Source of the DNA: Paraspadella gotoi
Lineage: Eukaryota > Animalia > Chaetognatha
Direction of reading: 5' to 3'
NCBI GenBank assembly: GCA_051294375.1
Contig: CM119263.1
Location: 13,656,414 to 13,720,413, forward strand
Length of the DNA: 64,000 nt
Shown here: piece by piece, positions 28,646-42,721 of the stretch
How positions within the stretch are numbered: the stretch's first letter is position 1
How the letters are laid out: each line of letters begins with the position of its first letter
Translations under genes and position numbers: made by a program
Notes under the pieces: model-generated
Told to the model about the DNA's origin: nothing
What the model saw: the letters and a program-made list of their open reading frames with translations, nothing else
Database searches by the model: none

Positions 28646-30031
28646 TTTTAAGGTTAATTGTACTTTATCGACCATTATCAGTATTCGTCTCAAGGTGGTT
28701 TTTGTAGTCGCTTTGGTTGAATGATTTTCTTTTGACTATGCCATGTCCTATTCCTTTTCAAAAGTTGAAAATTCGTCAAACTAAAAATTCGGAAATACCT
28801 TTTGTTATAGGTTTTTACTAAACGTCGAACATATCTCTTTTTTTTTTTTTTTTGTTTCCAAATTTGTTCCTTTTTGATTTTTCAATTTTCATGAATCATT
28901 CCAATTTCCAAGTTCCTTCAACAACGAGATCTTCGTTTCAGCCGTCGACGTATTCTCCCTCCTGATGTTTCTCACTCATCCCTCCCTCCCTCTTCTGTTC
29001 TCCCTCTTACCCTCCTCCCCCCCCCCATCGTCTTCAGCGCTAAGCCTAAAAGTACAGATCGAAATCTAAAGAAAAGAAAGAAAAAAAAATGGGGGGGAAA
29101 AAAAAGGAAAGGAACTCGATGTGAAGTGAACGCCGATATCGAGCGAGAAAGAAGAAAGAATTAAAGAAAACAAAATCTTAAAACGAAAATAAATAATTAG
29201 GAAGGGAAAAAAAAAAGAGAGTGGGTATTGAAAAAAAAAAAGGAACTGAAGGAAATCGACAATCGGAAGAGATGAGGTTTGAACTCGGGATTCTAATCGA
29301 GTATCTCCTTCGCCCATCTCTCCATCCCTAGTCCCAGCCTGGGCGCCTCTACCGTCTTCAGATATCCGATGCCAATACTTAGAAAATACTGAAAATGAAA
29401 TTTGGTTGTTACCTTACTCAAAGCTGCGACGTAAAAGTCGTTGCTGGGGCCGTCAATATAGCCTTCGTCGTCGTCGTTGTGGTCATCACCGTCCATCTCG
29501 GAACTCTCGGAATGTTTTTTTTTTCCTTTAATCCCCTTTCGTCTGTTTCCGTCTTTATTTCTTTCTTTTTTTATTTTTCTCTCTTTCTTGTCCTTCCTTC
29601 TCTTCCTTTTCTTTTTTCTTTTTTTTTTAATTTTTAACATTTCATTTTTTTTTCTCTCCATTTTTAAGGAGTGATTAATTAAAATTAAAAATAAAATTAA
29701 AACGAAACGATACTTTAAAGCATTCCCTCGATTTCCCCCTCGAGTTGTTTGTCACGATGCGAGACGGGTGCCAGACTGGCGCTACCGATACTCCGTGAAA
29801 ACTCTTCCCTTTCGAGCGTCGTATCGAACGCCCACGATCTCCTATCGAACGTTTTGTTATAAAGTTTATTCCTTCTCTCGTTAACAACGAACTCATTGAA
29901 CGAAGCCTTCGAACGACCAAAAAATAACGATAAAATTTTAAAAAAGTAAACGAGGTCAAATACCTGAACCAGACTCTGAATCGATTTTTATGTCGCCCAT
30001 CAATTCGTCAAAACAGCGCGTCCCCCTCGCG

Positions 30032-30151
<120 letters not shown>

Positions 30152-30767
30152 ATCTTTCTCTCAGCGAAAATATCTATTTTTTCCTATTATAATTGTCAGA
30201 AGGATATTTCGACGAAGTTTCTAATGATGTCCCGTATGAATTTTCCGCGAAAGAGAAGTAAGTCCCTGTTGACCCAGATGTGAGAATCACTGAATATGAA
30301 TTTATGATCCGGATTCTCGCGCTGACTGAATAGAAAAAAATCTACCTCTTCAAGAGTTGTTTTTATGAGGGTTGATTTTTTTTAATACAAAGGTATATAT
30401 CTTTATTAAATGTACGACTTAATCATGATTCATGCTGTCCGTTCCTGTTCCAAACGACGTTTTGTTATAGAGAAAGAAATAAATTTGCTTCCTGTGATCA
30501 AAGGGCTTGTACACTCTCTCTTCGAATTTCTCAACTCGCGGCTCGCTTTTTAGAAACCGTAGATACGAAAGCCACACAGTAGGAGTTAACGTCTTCGATC
30601 CCTTATAATCACCACTACGGTGCAAAAATACAAAACAATTCCCGACTTATTTTTTAGCTAGGGGAAGATTTCGATTTTATTTCGTCAGTCTCGTGATAAA
30701 ACGAGCAGAAATAGAAACTTGTCCAGGGTTTCTGTTTTTGAGAGAGAGAGAGAGAGAGAGAGTAGAG

Positions 30768-30831
<64 letters not shown>

Positions 30832-31350
30832 TCTTTTCCACTTAAAGTCAAAGATGGTGGTGTTAAGACGTTGGTGGCGAGTGGTATTAATGCTGGGGGT
30901 AATTGTTTAAAATATAAATGAAAGAAATAGTATTACATCTCCAAAAGAAGCGGCAGTGAAAATATAAAAAAATATATATTGATGGAAGAATGAACGGATG
31001 GCTGATTGGATGGTTGGTTATTGAAATGGATGTATGAATGGATGGACAAACGGAAGGATGTGGCAAGTATACTTGGATGTGAAGGTCGAGTTGAAAAATC
31101 AATAAGTCACAACTTATAGTCTTATACTTGGATGTGAAGTCTTATACTTAGTCATTTTTGGATGCGCAGACGTCAAGATAACTGAGTGATGATCATTGAT
31201 AATATATGGCGACTTTGGTGGGAAGGTGTTGAAAGTAAGCACCGATGGTGGTAACGAGTGAAGATGATGAACTGAAGATGAATGGTGGCTCTGGGTGGTT
31301 GGAGGGAGAATTTGGAAACCCCGAATTCATCTCTAAGAAGGAGCCTCCGC

Positions 31351-31464
<114 letters not shown>

Positions 31465-31760
31465 GTTCCCCCTTCTTCATTTATATCATAATCTTCGTTC
31501 CTAGCTTTTATTCAAAAAACTGGAGTTCATCCTAGATTTATGTTATTTTAACGCCTTTGCGCCTTTACCTCCGCGAAATCATTCGAGTCTTCGCCCTCGT
31601 CGTCGTCTTATCCCCGTACTATAACGTGTCTAATATGGTTTATGAGTTTTTCTTTAATTACTTTTTCGCTCAAAAACATTTAAAGATAATGGACATGCAC
31701 TACTTTCTTCAATCGAAGGATTTTTTATAAGCTCCCTCGAGAAAAAAAAAGCGGTTTTTT

Positions 31761-31818
<58 letters not shown>

Positions 31819-32943
31819 ATGATTGTTATTATTAGTTTATTCTTTCCCGGGCTCGGTTTTCATCTTCTTCTCTCATCTCGTTATCTTGGGTCGTCTCCAT
31901 TCAAATGTGATACTAATGCTTCCCGATCAATTATTTGTTTCTGGTTCTTCTATTTTCCCGATCTCTTTCCCACTGCGTGTGTGTTTTTTTCGACGTAGGC
32001 TGCTCTATTTTTATCATCAGCCTTATTAGCTACGTCAGAGCGAAGGTTTTTTTTTTTTAGTGGCGAACCCCGAACGCGTCGAGCGTAATCTAAATCGAAC
32101 CTTTCTCTATAGTTCTTTGTCAACTCGTAACAGGCGATAAAAAAAAGCGCAAGTGTCCGACGAGAGGGCGTCGATTCTCGCGAGAGAGAGAAATGCTTAA
32201 AATCCCTACGCATTTCATCTTTTTTTTTCGTTCATAATTCATCTTTCGTATTCCGAACGACGAGTCGGAAAGTCTCTCCCTTCCCGCCACCGATTTTTAC
32301 GATGAAAACTAAAGTCGGCCCCGTCAGTTGTCGAAGACGGAGGCCGGGGGCGCCCCTTTTCTCCCTGGGCTTTTTTTTTCTTTTTTTTTTTTTTTACTGA
32401 GAAATATTAATTATCAAAAGGACATACGCCAAGTTTGAGAGGCCCCGAGGGCGGCTTCGGACTAGGGCGACGTCGGATATTTCTCGATATTTTCGCGCGC
32501 GTCATCGTCGCCCAAAAAATTATGAGCGCCCCCGTCGGCCCGTTTCCGCATCACACGACGAAAAAAAAAAATGCGTTTCCTTCTCTGACCCAAATGAACC
32601 GCGATATCAGCAATTGATATTCATAGTAGTTTTTTTAACTTGTGTTTTTAATTCTTTTTTAATTCGCTCCGCGTCGTAACTTAATGGATCTCCAGGGTGC
32701 GAAGGAAGCCATAACGAATTAAAGTATTCTTTCTGTTATGATCCTCGTCATCTCCGTCTCCTTCCTCATCCTTCCTTAACCTCCTAGAAAATTGAGGAAT
32801 CTTTGGCGGTTCAGACGACATCGCTCACTTCTCCCCCCTCCCCCCCCTTCGCCTTAAATCACCCCATCCCCTCTGAGCTCCTGCGTGGAGCTCGCGACGG
32901 AAAGAGAGAGAGAGAGAGAGGAGAGAGAAGAGAGAGAGAGAAG

Positions 32944-32990
<47 letters not shown>

Positions 32991-34553
32991 AATGAAAAGG
33001 AAGGGCTCGGACGCGTTTCCAAAACCAAGATTGGTCATTCTCCATCCCTCGTCTTACGTCAAAATCTCCACTTCCTCTTCCTCTTCCTCCATCTCTCTTC
33101 CTCTTCCTCTCGCAACCGTCTTGGATTATAAGCGGAAAAAAACCGAAAAGCTGACGAACAAATTATCCTAATTGGAACCACAACTTTGCCGTCAACCGTT
33201 TTGTTAAAAAAAAATTAACGCTCTCAAACAAAAAAAAGATACAATAAAAAAAAGAACGAGTTCATCGACTTCGGCGGCTTTTTCTAGTTTTTAGTGAAAT
33301 TTTCGTGAAAGAAAATTATATCACACCTTAAACTAATGCACACTTAACACTGATTAAAGATTATTTTTCTTTGTATTTAAAGAAATAAGATTTTTATGCG
33401 GAACTATATGGCAATGTGAAATAATAATTTGTAGGACGTGGATAAGATTTAAATTATTTTTTTAAATTATTTGACCTTAAAACAATCAACTCTTTTTTTT
33501 TTTTTGGTTAGCCTAACCCGAAGGCAATGTAATTTCCGTTCTAATTACACCTAATCAATGTGTTTATAAATAATTAAAGTACCGATTCGTAATGAAAAAA
33601 AATTTAGTCATTTTTTCGTCGAAGGCGTATTCACTTTTTTTTCGTGCGTCTTTATTTCTCTTCTTTCGAAACTGGTGGCAAAACGTTTTCCGTCATAAAT
33701 CTATGTCTGGATCAAGAAATTGGCCGCCAGGGCGTAGATGCTCGCTCTCTTTCTTCTTCTCCTTTCTCTCCCTACTCCCCAACGCCCCCTTTCTGCCTCC
33801 ACCTCACACTATCTCGCCGTCAAACTTTTTATATTTATATTAATCTTTTTTCCTTCTGTAAAGCGCGAGAGATTTTTCCATTTTCAAAAATTTATGAAAT
33901 TTTCAAATGCTCTCGGTTTCCCAGTTTTCTACCCACACACTCGGCGCCAAATCGAGGTTAACCGGTCGGGGGCGCAACTCGCTTCCTAACTTTCGACGCC
34001 TTCGTCCTCTAAGTAAAAACAAAATTGCCGAAAAAAGAAAAACCAACCACTTTTCATCTTGCCACATCGCCACAGGTTTTCTACTTTCAACTACGCAGAT
34101 AAAATAGCGCATCGTAACTTATTAAGGAATTACCTGATATATTACTCAATTTTCATTGACTTCCCGATAATGATACGCCCTTCCACTTGCCGCCTCCCAA
34201 TTCTCGGGTTGATCAAGTACATGAACCGTATGGAGGTGGAAGAGGAGACGGCGTAGGAGGAGGAAGAGAGGAAAGGAGGTGAGTTCCGAAATCTCAATCA
34301 AATTCGGTTTTGAAAGAAAAACATTAAAAACGTTTTCATCGGATTTGGACGAGTTCATCAACGGCCCGCCTAACCCGAAACATCACCACCGCACCTCCCC
34401 ACCTCCCCACCTCTTTCTCATTTAGATAATTTCGAGTCTCTTCTACTCTTTACAAGCAGGACACGGATGCAGAGTTGACTCTTGATATTTTAATAAACGG
34501 CGGCGTTTTTACTGGGAAATTAGTGAGATATCTGATATCATCAATCCATCATT

Positions 34554-34555
34554 TT

Positions 34556-34651
<96 letters not shown>

Positions 34652-34652
34652 T
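34554..34652 (+). repeat. (CTTT)n microsatellite
   Basis: Directly visible. Confidence 0.97.
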
Positions 34653-35187
34653 TTCTCTCAATCTCTTTTTCTCTTTCTCGCTTTCTATCTCTCCCTATTT
34701 ATTCCCTTTGTCCACCTGTACTATATCATGAACCAAACGTTTCCAGTTGGTTGCACATCCCTTTGTTTGAGGTTTTATCCCCAGAGCGAGACCACCAAGA
34801 AAAGGGGACCACCTTTGTCGGACTCCCTGCCGAATCCAATACAATAAAAATAAGGCAAAATTTTTAGACTAGAAGTAGAACCATTTAAAAAAAATAGAGG
34901 AAGAAAAAAGGCGAATAAGTTAAAGAAAAGAAGAGAGAGAAAGGCTACATCAATAAAAGGGAACTGAAAACCCGAAAAATAGGAAAGCCCTCTTTTATTT
35001 TATTTTTATTGTATAAACAATAAACTTTCGCGGTCTCTCGCGTCTTTTGTCAGGAGTCTCCTCCCCGCAACCCCGTGGATCCCATTAGGAACTCCTGGTG
35101 GCTAATCGAGCGAAATCCCCCTATAACCTGCGGTTTATAAATGGTTAATAATATCTTTTGAAAATATACCGATAATGGTTTGCTAAT

Positions 35188-35220
<33 letters not shown>

Positions 35221-36207
35221 TCCTTTGGTCTTTTTTCCCTCTCACCCTCATTAACCCTTTTTTATACATCGACTCGGATGCCCTGAAGAGTTATAACTGT
35301 AAGAGCTGTTGTTTACACAGACGCCGCCCCCCTCCCATTCCTCCTCGACAGGCCGACACTCGACTCTTTTTACGTCTGCTTCCATTTTTCTTTATTTCTA
35401 TTCACTCCTTCGATAGAAAATTATGCTTTTATGCTCTTATGGAAGCCGCACGTTTTTTTTGTTGTTTTTTTGTTTTTTGTTTTTTTTTGTTTAGGAAGAG
35501 AAACGAGCCATCAATTACGCTCATTTAGAAGGACCCTAGAGTTGTTGCAAAATCCCACTTTTTGGTTGTGTTAATTTTCGATGAAAATGTTTTTTAATAG
35601 CAGTTTTAAATCATTATTTTTCTAAGGTTCTCTTAAAAATTCATATTAAACGTCGCTTGAGTTCTTTCTTTTATTAATATATCCCGAATATATAATTCGA
35701 ATGATTCCGGCGAGCCAAACGGGGCCAAACTTAATTTGTTTACTTATTGACGAGCTGACCTTAAGTCGCAGAAACACTCTGTCGAATCAAAAGCGTCACA
35801 ATTCCTAGCCAGACGAGACAATTATAATGTCTGCTTCATGTCACTCCTTCCTTTTGAACCCTTTTCATCCGTTCCCCTTCTTTTGCAGGAGAACACGTCG
35901 CACGAAGACATCGTTACTGGCAGAGACGCTCTCGCTTCATTTTCTCGCGCTCCTCCGTTCGACGCGTCTCCCAACCAAAGGCGTCGTTGTCTTCGCTTTG
36001 CAGTGTCCTCGTCTCTCTCAGCGTCGTTTGCAGCAGCGTCGTTTTACCCAATAATCTGATCCCTCCCCGCTCACCGCTCTACCCACACCGGCGTCCCCAA
36101 TCCGAGCTGTCCCCCCCCCTCCCCCCGTCTCTCGCTCGCCTTCGAGAATTCGGGAGCCGGACGCCCTTTCCTCTTCGCTCATCGCAATCGTCCTTCTCGT
36201 CGTCGTC

Positions 36208-36289
<82 letters not shown>

Positions 36290-36309
36290 GGAGGAGAGAG
36301 AGAAGAGCA

Positions 36310-36440
36310 GATATGACGTATCCATCGGTTCTCGACTCGGCCATCCAAGCCAATGGGCGAACCTGCGCAGGAGCCTCATTACATTCCGCGTAGTGCAGCC
36401 ACGTATCGACGAGTCGGCGCAAAAAAGCGATGACGTTGCG
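36310..36440 (+). promoter_or_regulatory. Candidate FGF proximal promoter
   Basis: CCAAT box AGCCAATG (36348-55), palindrome CCTGCGCAGG (36362-71), two ATGACGT half-CRE sites, CpG-rich, ~0.8 kb upstream of the first in-frame ATG. The TSS cannot be determined from sequence. Confidence 0.35.
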
Positions 36441-36864
36441 TTCGGATTATATTTTTCCGACCGAAGGAATTCTCGCTAGTAGTCGCGAAAAAATCCACGA
36501 GCCTCGTCGTTTTCGCTCGTCCTCGTTGCTGGAAAGACGACAAAAAATGTCACCGAAGACTGGAATCGATGGGATTGAAATTTGTCATCGTCGCTGCGTC
36601 ATTTCGTTCCCACCTCACCCTCGGCGCTGCCGCCAATCGTCGTTTTCGTCGTCGTCGTGGTCAACGGCGAACAGTAAAACTGGGATCTTGGACGATCGAG
36701 CGGCAACGAAATCGTCGATCCCACGTCGTCATCGTCGTTCTCGCCGTCGTCGCCGTCCCTCTCTCCCATCGCACCATAGAGTCACCGCGGATTGACTTTG
36801 TGAATTCGAGAGAAAAAATAATAGGTTGAAGGGAAGAGGACGAGAGAGAGAAAGAGAGAAAGAG

Positions 36865-36963
<99 letters not shown>

Positions 36964-37202
36964 TTGACCGCCGATCATTGTCGTCGTCGATTCCATGGTA
37001 AAAGTCAAAGAATCATCGCGCATATAAAAGGTCCGCCCTTGGTCGAGGAATCGGAGTTGATCAATCGGCGATTGGAACTTGAACGCGACAATCAAAAGCA
37101 AAAAAAAAAACAACAAAACGCGGAAGAAAAGAAAATAATTACCACACGCACACACCCAAAAGACATTCCAAGACGTTTTCTCCCAAATTCGGACTTTTAT
37201 TA

Positions 37203-40200
37203 ATGTCTCCGCCGCCTCCTCTCTCTACCTCCGTCTATTCCCTGCTCTTCGTCGCCCACGAAGAGAAAAAATCCGGACGAGCGTGGACCCAGTTCGTTCC
37301 TCCCCTTTCCTCCGGAACCCAACTAGTTCTTCGTCCCTTCCAACTCTCGATTCCTCGCTGGCCCCAGGGCACCGAGCCTTATTACTTCCAAATCCCCGTC
37401 CGTCGAAGCAGCGGCGCCGAAGTCGCCGCCGCATCTCTCCCTCGCCTTTCCCGTAGAGACTTCGCTATGCCCCCTTCCGGATTTCACACAACGGTCTCCT
37501 TCGACTCATCGCCCTTCCGAGTTTGCGCCCCGGCGTCGCTGGCGTCGCCCGGCGTCACCGCCGTCTTCCAGTTGGTCGTCTACTTGGCGTTGACGTGGCG
37601 ACCTCTCGTCGTCGACGCGAGACCCTCCCCCTCCGGTGTGGCATTGCGCGTGCCACCAACGGCGTGGTCTTTCTCGTCAAGATCGCGAAAACTCCGTCGA
37701 GGGCGACGCGTTCGCTCCGATTCGATGGAAGACGCTTCATCCACCGATGTCAGCCTCTGGCTCAAACTGATGGCCGACGCGGCCTCATCTTCCTCGCCAT
37801 CCGCCCCTGGGTTTCCGCCCAAAGAACGTCGGCTGCGGAACACCCATGACCGTCGACGCCCTCGGAACATCTCCCCCTCCATCCATGGGCGTATCCTACG
37901 CCGGCGCCAGCTCTACAGTAGGACAGGATTCCACCTCCAAATCCATCCGGACGGAACCGTTAATGGAACGAGAAAGGACCACAGCACATTCGGTAAGGGA
38001 CTTAGCTTCACATTTTTTTACTTTCCTACATTAATATCATCTCTATCTTTCGAGGAAAGTTTGAGTCAAGGCATGTGAGTGGGGGGTCCATTTCTTTCTG
38101 TTTCTTTCTCTCTTTCTCAAACACTTTGGGTGTCTCTGTCCTGACCTTAGAACGAGGCGGAAAAGGAAAAAAAGCTGGTCCGAAAGTAAATAACTCGTCC
38201 AGATAACACTCCGATCATAAGCTCCTACGAACTAAAAGGGGAGAATGGATAAAGAATCTGTTTTAACAGTAAGGGCTACGCACCGAAGAGGCGAATGTTT
38301 TACGTTATTTGTTTGAGAGGTTGGGGCGGAGACGACGAGAGGAGGAAGATAGTGTGGAGTGGGGAAACGGGGTGCGGGGTTGATCGGGGATCTGACCCGC
38401 GGGATAAAAGAGTGCAGGGAAGCATCAATTAACTCAGTTTCGTTCGGCTTCCCTACTTTCCGTGCTCAAAAGCCAAGGAGCCATTGTTCCAGAAAATTTT
38501 TTTTTTCTCTCTCATTTACTATACTTTCAAGTCAATGACGAAAAATATAGAAGAAAAGCTTTTCATGAAACCGACGCAAACGCCGATTTAAGAAAGCTTT
38601 GAGAAAAATATGTTCATTAGTACTTTAGATCCCAGTTACAACTCCCGAGCAACATTTTTATTTTGAAACTATAGACGATTGTTTTCATTTATGTCACTAA
38701 GATTTCCCCTTGTCTTTTTTCTTTCCTTTTCCCCAATGAACATATCTCGGGGAAATACGTCTCGTTTGGATTAGATCTTTGAGGTTTCCCAGAACAGGCC
38801 TTCAGACATCCTTTCATCGTCGGGCCCAGCGATTTATCACCCTCGAAATACCGAAACAAATAATCAATTGACAAAATTTGGTTTCGTAAGGAAGAGGAAA
38901 AAAACCAATTCGATCCTAAAGCTGAGAGGCTTTTTCCTGACTTTTTTAAAACTCATTTCGCGCCTCCCATCTTAATTTGAGGATGTCTCTAGGGGGTTGG
39001 AGGGGAGGGGAAAGGGGGTCTGATCTAACTTAGATCAATAACAGGGATTTTTTTTTCGATCAATTAAGTTTCAAAATCTTCTCCGACGAAATTGAATCCG
39101 GATTGATCCTGAGCCAATGGCTCGAGGTCAAAATCGCGAGGTGTATGGTGGATCGAAAATCGTTGTTAGCCAGTCACGAAAAAAAAAAATTAGAAGGGGG
39201 AGTTAGAGATGAGAAAGATAAGTATCGAGGAAGCTCTCTCTTACGCTTCCGCCTCTCCGACTTCTGAATCAGTGATGGGGAGATCAATCTTGAGTTGAGG
39301 GGAAAGGTGGTTCTTTTCATCTCGAAAGAAAATAAACACGGTACTACAAAAGATTGGCGAGGCTGTATCCTTTCCCTCGATTTAACTCGAAGCTCTTCGC
39401 TCGTGCATACGCCACCTTAATTTTTGTTTTGTTTTTCTTTCCACAGGCATCTTGGAATTTATGCCCCTTATGGTCGGAGTGCAAACCATTGGTCCTTGCA
39501 TTGCTATCCGAAGCGTGGAATCTCGTCGCTACTTGTGCATGGACAAGCGCGGAAAGCTTTACGGATCGGTAAGTTTCGACGAACGATCATAAACTTTTTT
39601 TACGAAAAACGAAGGAAGAGAAAACTCGTAAATGTTTACGATGATGTTAAAATCTTTCGACGACGCTCTAAAATCGGAGTCAAAACTGATTAAAGACGGC
39701 TTCTTGTTTTCGCCCGCTAGTTTAAATAACGATCCTGGGTTTCATGTACTCCTAGACACAACACAGAAGAAAAAAAATACATAAAAATCAAGTCGAACCG
39801 AGAAGTATCTTTAATGAAAGAGCTGGATTAATGATTAATGATTTTCTTATTTTTTGTTACAGAAAGAGAAGAGCGACGAGTGCGAATTCAAGCAGACCAT
39901 GGAGCATAACTACTACGAAACCTGGTGGTCATGCAAGTACCCGTCGAAAAATGGCAAGAAGCTTAAAAAGAACAAAAAGTACTCAAAGAAAAAGTGGTAC
40001 ATCGCTCTGGATCGTCAAGGTCATCAGCGATCAGGACGCAAGTCTCGTCACACCCAAAAGTTTACCCACTTTCTCGCCCGCCCCGTGGACCACACAAAAG
40101 TCCCGTATCTTTTCAAGAAGCAAAACGTTTTCTTCAGCGGAAGCCCCACCACCCTCCCTCACATCGAAAACCGAATCGCGCTCCCCGAAGGCGACGAGGA

Positions 40201-40543
40201 AATGTCCGTCGAGGATTCCTCCGTCTCCTCGTCTTCATTCCCCTCCCGCAAGAACTCCGACGCCGATAGCTCAGTCGACGCTCCCGCCGTTACCGCCACC
40301 TCTCTCAACTCGAAAAACACAGTAGAGCCCAACGCCCGTCGCCCAGTGCCACGGGGTAGGGCTCGAGCGGGCGTGAGACGGCAGAAGTTTAATCGACGGG
40401 GCAAGCAGCGGCGACCGAAAGCGCGAAAATACGGCCGGCGGCGCCAGCTCCTCCACAAACGATTAGAGAAGCGACTGCTGCAGAAGGAGAGGCAACAAGT
40501 CTCTCAACAACTCAGCAAGGTCTTCGCCTTACAAAATCCCTGA
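37203..40543 (+). CDS. FGF9/16/20: Fibroblast growth factor, FGF9/16/20 subfamily (3 coding exons: 37203-37992, 39447-39568, 39863-40543; ~530 aa from ATG 37203 or ~442 aa from ATG 37467)
   Basis: Spliced translation gives [37 protein letters not shown]|ILEF...[13 protein letters not shown]|KEKSDECEF...WYIALDRQG...[17 protein letters not shown]. This closely matches remembered FGF9 motifs ([39 protein letters not shown]; LYGS; QKFTHFLPRPVDPDKVP). Both GT/AG introns (phase 1 and phase 0) sit at the canonical FGF positions. The start codon is uncertain. Confidence 0.95.
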
Positions 40544-40762
40544 AGGAACGCTCTTTTTGCGCCCATTTTCTTAAAGTCTCCTTACGTCAACTGACATCGT
40601 GATAACAATCCCGCCAAAGCCATAAAATTGACTTGATAGTGCCACTTGGAGAACAAAATAAAAAAGTTTAAATGGAAAAAAAAAAATTTTCCCACTCTTA
40701 AACGCTCTCTGTGAACAATTCAAAGACTAAACGGAAGCGAAAGTAAAATTCTATGCCAGTGA

Positions 40763-40991
40763 AATAAAAAGATGTTATGTACAAATAAAGTTTGCCTTCG
40801 GGTCTAGACATTGCTATTAGAAACGATATACGAAAATGAATATTGAAATTAAATATTTAATACTCCTTTCTTCCTGTTACTGTGATCCATTGTTGACTAT
40901 TCAATGCAAATGATTCTTAATTGTAGCGTGTAAGCGTATTAAATTGGTATGTCTTTCATTTTTGTCTTAATTTATTAAATGTGTAAATAAA
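40763..40991 (+). terminator. Candidate polyadenylation signals of the FGF gene
   Basis: AATAAA at 40763, 40784 and 40986 in AT-rich sequence after the stop codon. Confidence 0.4.
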
Positions 40992-41470
40992 CAGTTTCTA
41001 AATCTTATTTTGCTGTTAAAATTAACCAAACGATAAAGCAGTATAATTTTGTAGTACGTCATAGTTACAAATCAATAGCAGCCTTCATCAATAACGCAAA
41101 CACAAATAACATTGATAAACACAAACACATTAGTTTGTTACACCATGATAGATCAAAATAAAATGTCTTCGAAGTTAACCAAAAAACTATCTCATCGGCG
41201 CTCTTGCTTGGCTAGATTTAGCCAAACCAATCTTAAAACAAAAATCCTTAATTCGGCTGTATGCTAAGCAAACAGGGAGCGCTTCTCTACAAAAAGAGGC
41301 CTCCAATCCAAACAACATGACATTCTCGCGTCGGGCGTGTTGGTTGGATTATATTTTCTTCTCAAATCTTTTTCGCTCAATCAAATTCAAAATCGAAATT
41401 TTGTATAACTTATGATTAAATTATATTAAAGAATAAAATTTAGCTAAGTATTTGTGGGTTTATTTTTACG

Positions 41471-42207
41471 TTCGCCGATCGGGATTTTGCGGTCAATGAT
41501 TTGTTTTTTTCTAACGTAACGTATTGAAATCTCGTTATCTCGTTACCAAAAAAAAAAAAAAAAAAAACGGGTAAAAGCAACAAAAATTTTAATTAAAAAT
41601 TTTATTTTAAAATCTATCCCTAACCACCTCTAATCCCTCACCAGCCCACTAACCTTTTAAAAAATAACATAAAACAATAAAAAATATGAAAATATATTTT
41701 TTCAAATAACAAAAAAATAAAAATAATTAAAAAATTTGACTTCTTTTTACCTTCGCCGACCGGGATTTTGTGGTCGCTAATTTTTTTTCCGCTTCTTTTG
41801 AGCGACGTATTAAGAAATCTCACTAAGCAATAAGGTTGGTTGCGGACGTCAAATAGTAAAGTAACCCAAAAAAGGGATATTACTCCGCAAAAAGAATATA
41901 TATTATTATTACGCAATCAAACTCGACGCTAGAGGGAAATAAAATTCAATGGATTAACGAATCACCGATCGGTAGTAGCTAAGGTTAAGTGCGGCTGTTG
42001 AATTACCCTATTGTTTACTAATTTTTCAAAAAACCTTAAAAACCCTGGTCGGTGAAAAACATACCAACAAACAAATATTGTTATTATCTAAACCTAAACC
42101 ACCCCTAAAACCAACCTTAACCCTAACCGCTCCCTAACCCAGGTCGGCGAAAGTAAAATTAACCTTTTTTAACAATTGCAGCCGCAAAATTAAAGACCGG
42201 CGGCAAA
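41471..42207. repeat. Composite repeat (TTCGCCGA(T/C)CGGGATTTTG(C/T)GGTC direct copies, inverted partial copies, CCCTAA-like runs); probable non-autonomous element
   Basis: Direct copies at 41471 and 41752; inverted partial copies at ~42044, ~42139 and ~42181; AACCTTAACCCTAACCGCTCCCTAACCC near 42113-42140. Confidence 0.45.
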
Positions 42208-42721
42208 TCGGACAATTTAAATTTTAACTTAAAAACAATTACGTAGAAAAAGTTAAGAGAGCTTCCAGCTATGCACTAGCCTATGACTATGATCTAGTAT
42301 AATTCCATCCATTTTTTCTTTAACTTACAGTAGAATAAACTATGAAGAAAGAATAAACTTAAATATAGAGACAAAGAATTTATTATTATTTTAACCAATG
42401 ATCAGCATAAATGATCTGGTAATTTCACAATAAATTTCAAGAATTTGTGACGAATAATTCACCGCAAATAAATAAAAAATGTATTTACATAACAAAAGAC
42501 AGATAAATCTATGTCTATTCGTAGTAAGCCCTAAACGATATGAAAAGTCTCTATTTTCTTGATTTTATTACATTTATTCAGGCAAATCTATGTATAACAA
42601 TCAATATTATCGAAATAATTTAAAAATTACCTAAATACACCAGAAAATATTAATCAGTCCAGCAGTCATCCTCCCCCGCTTGAGTGCGCATGAACGAGAG
42701 AAAATTAACGCAAGGCCGATC

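Noticed and set aside
42100-42140. Interstitial telomere (CCCTAA)
   Set aside because: Only 2-3 imperfect units embedded in a dispersed repeat.
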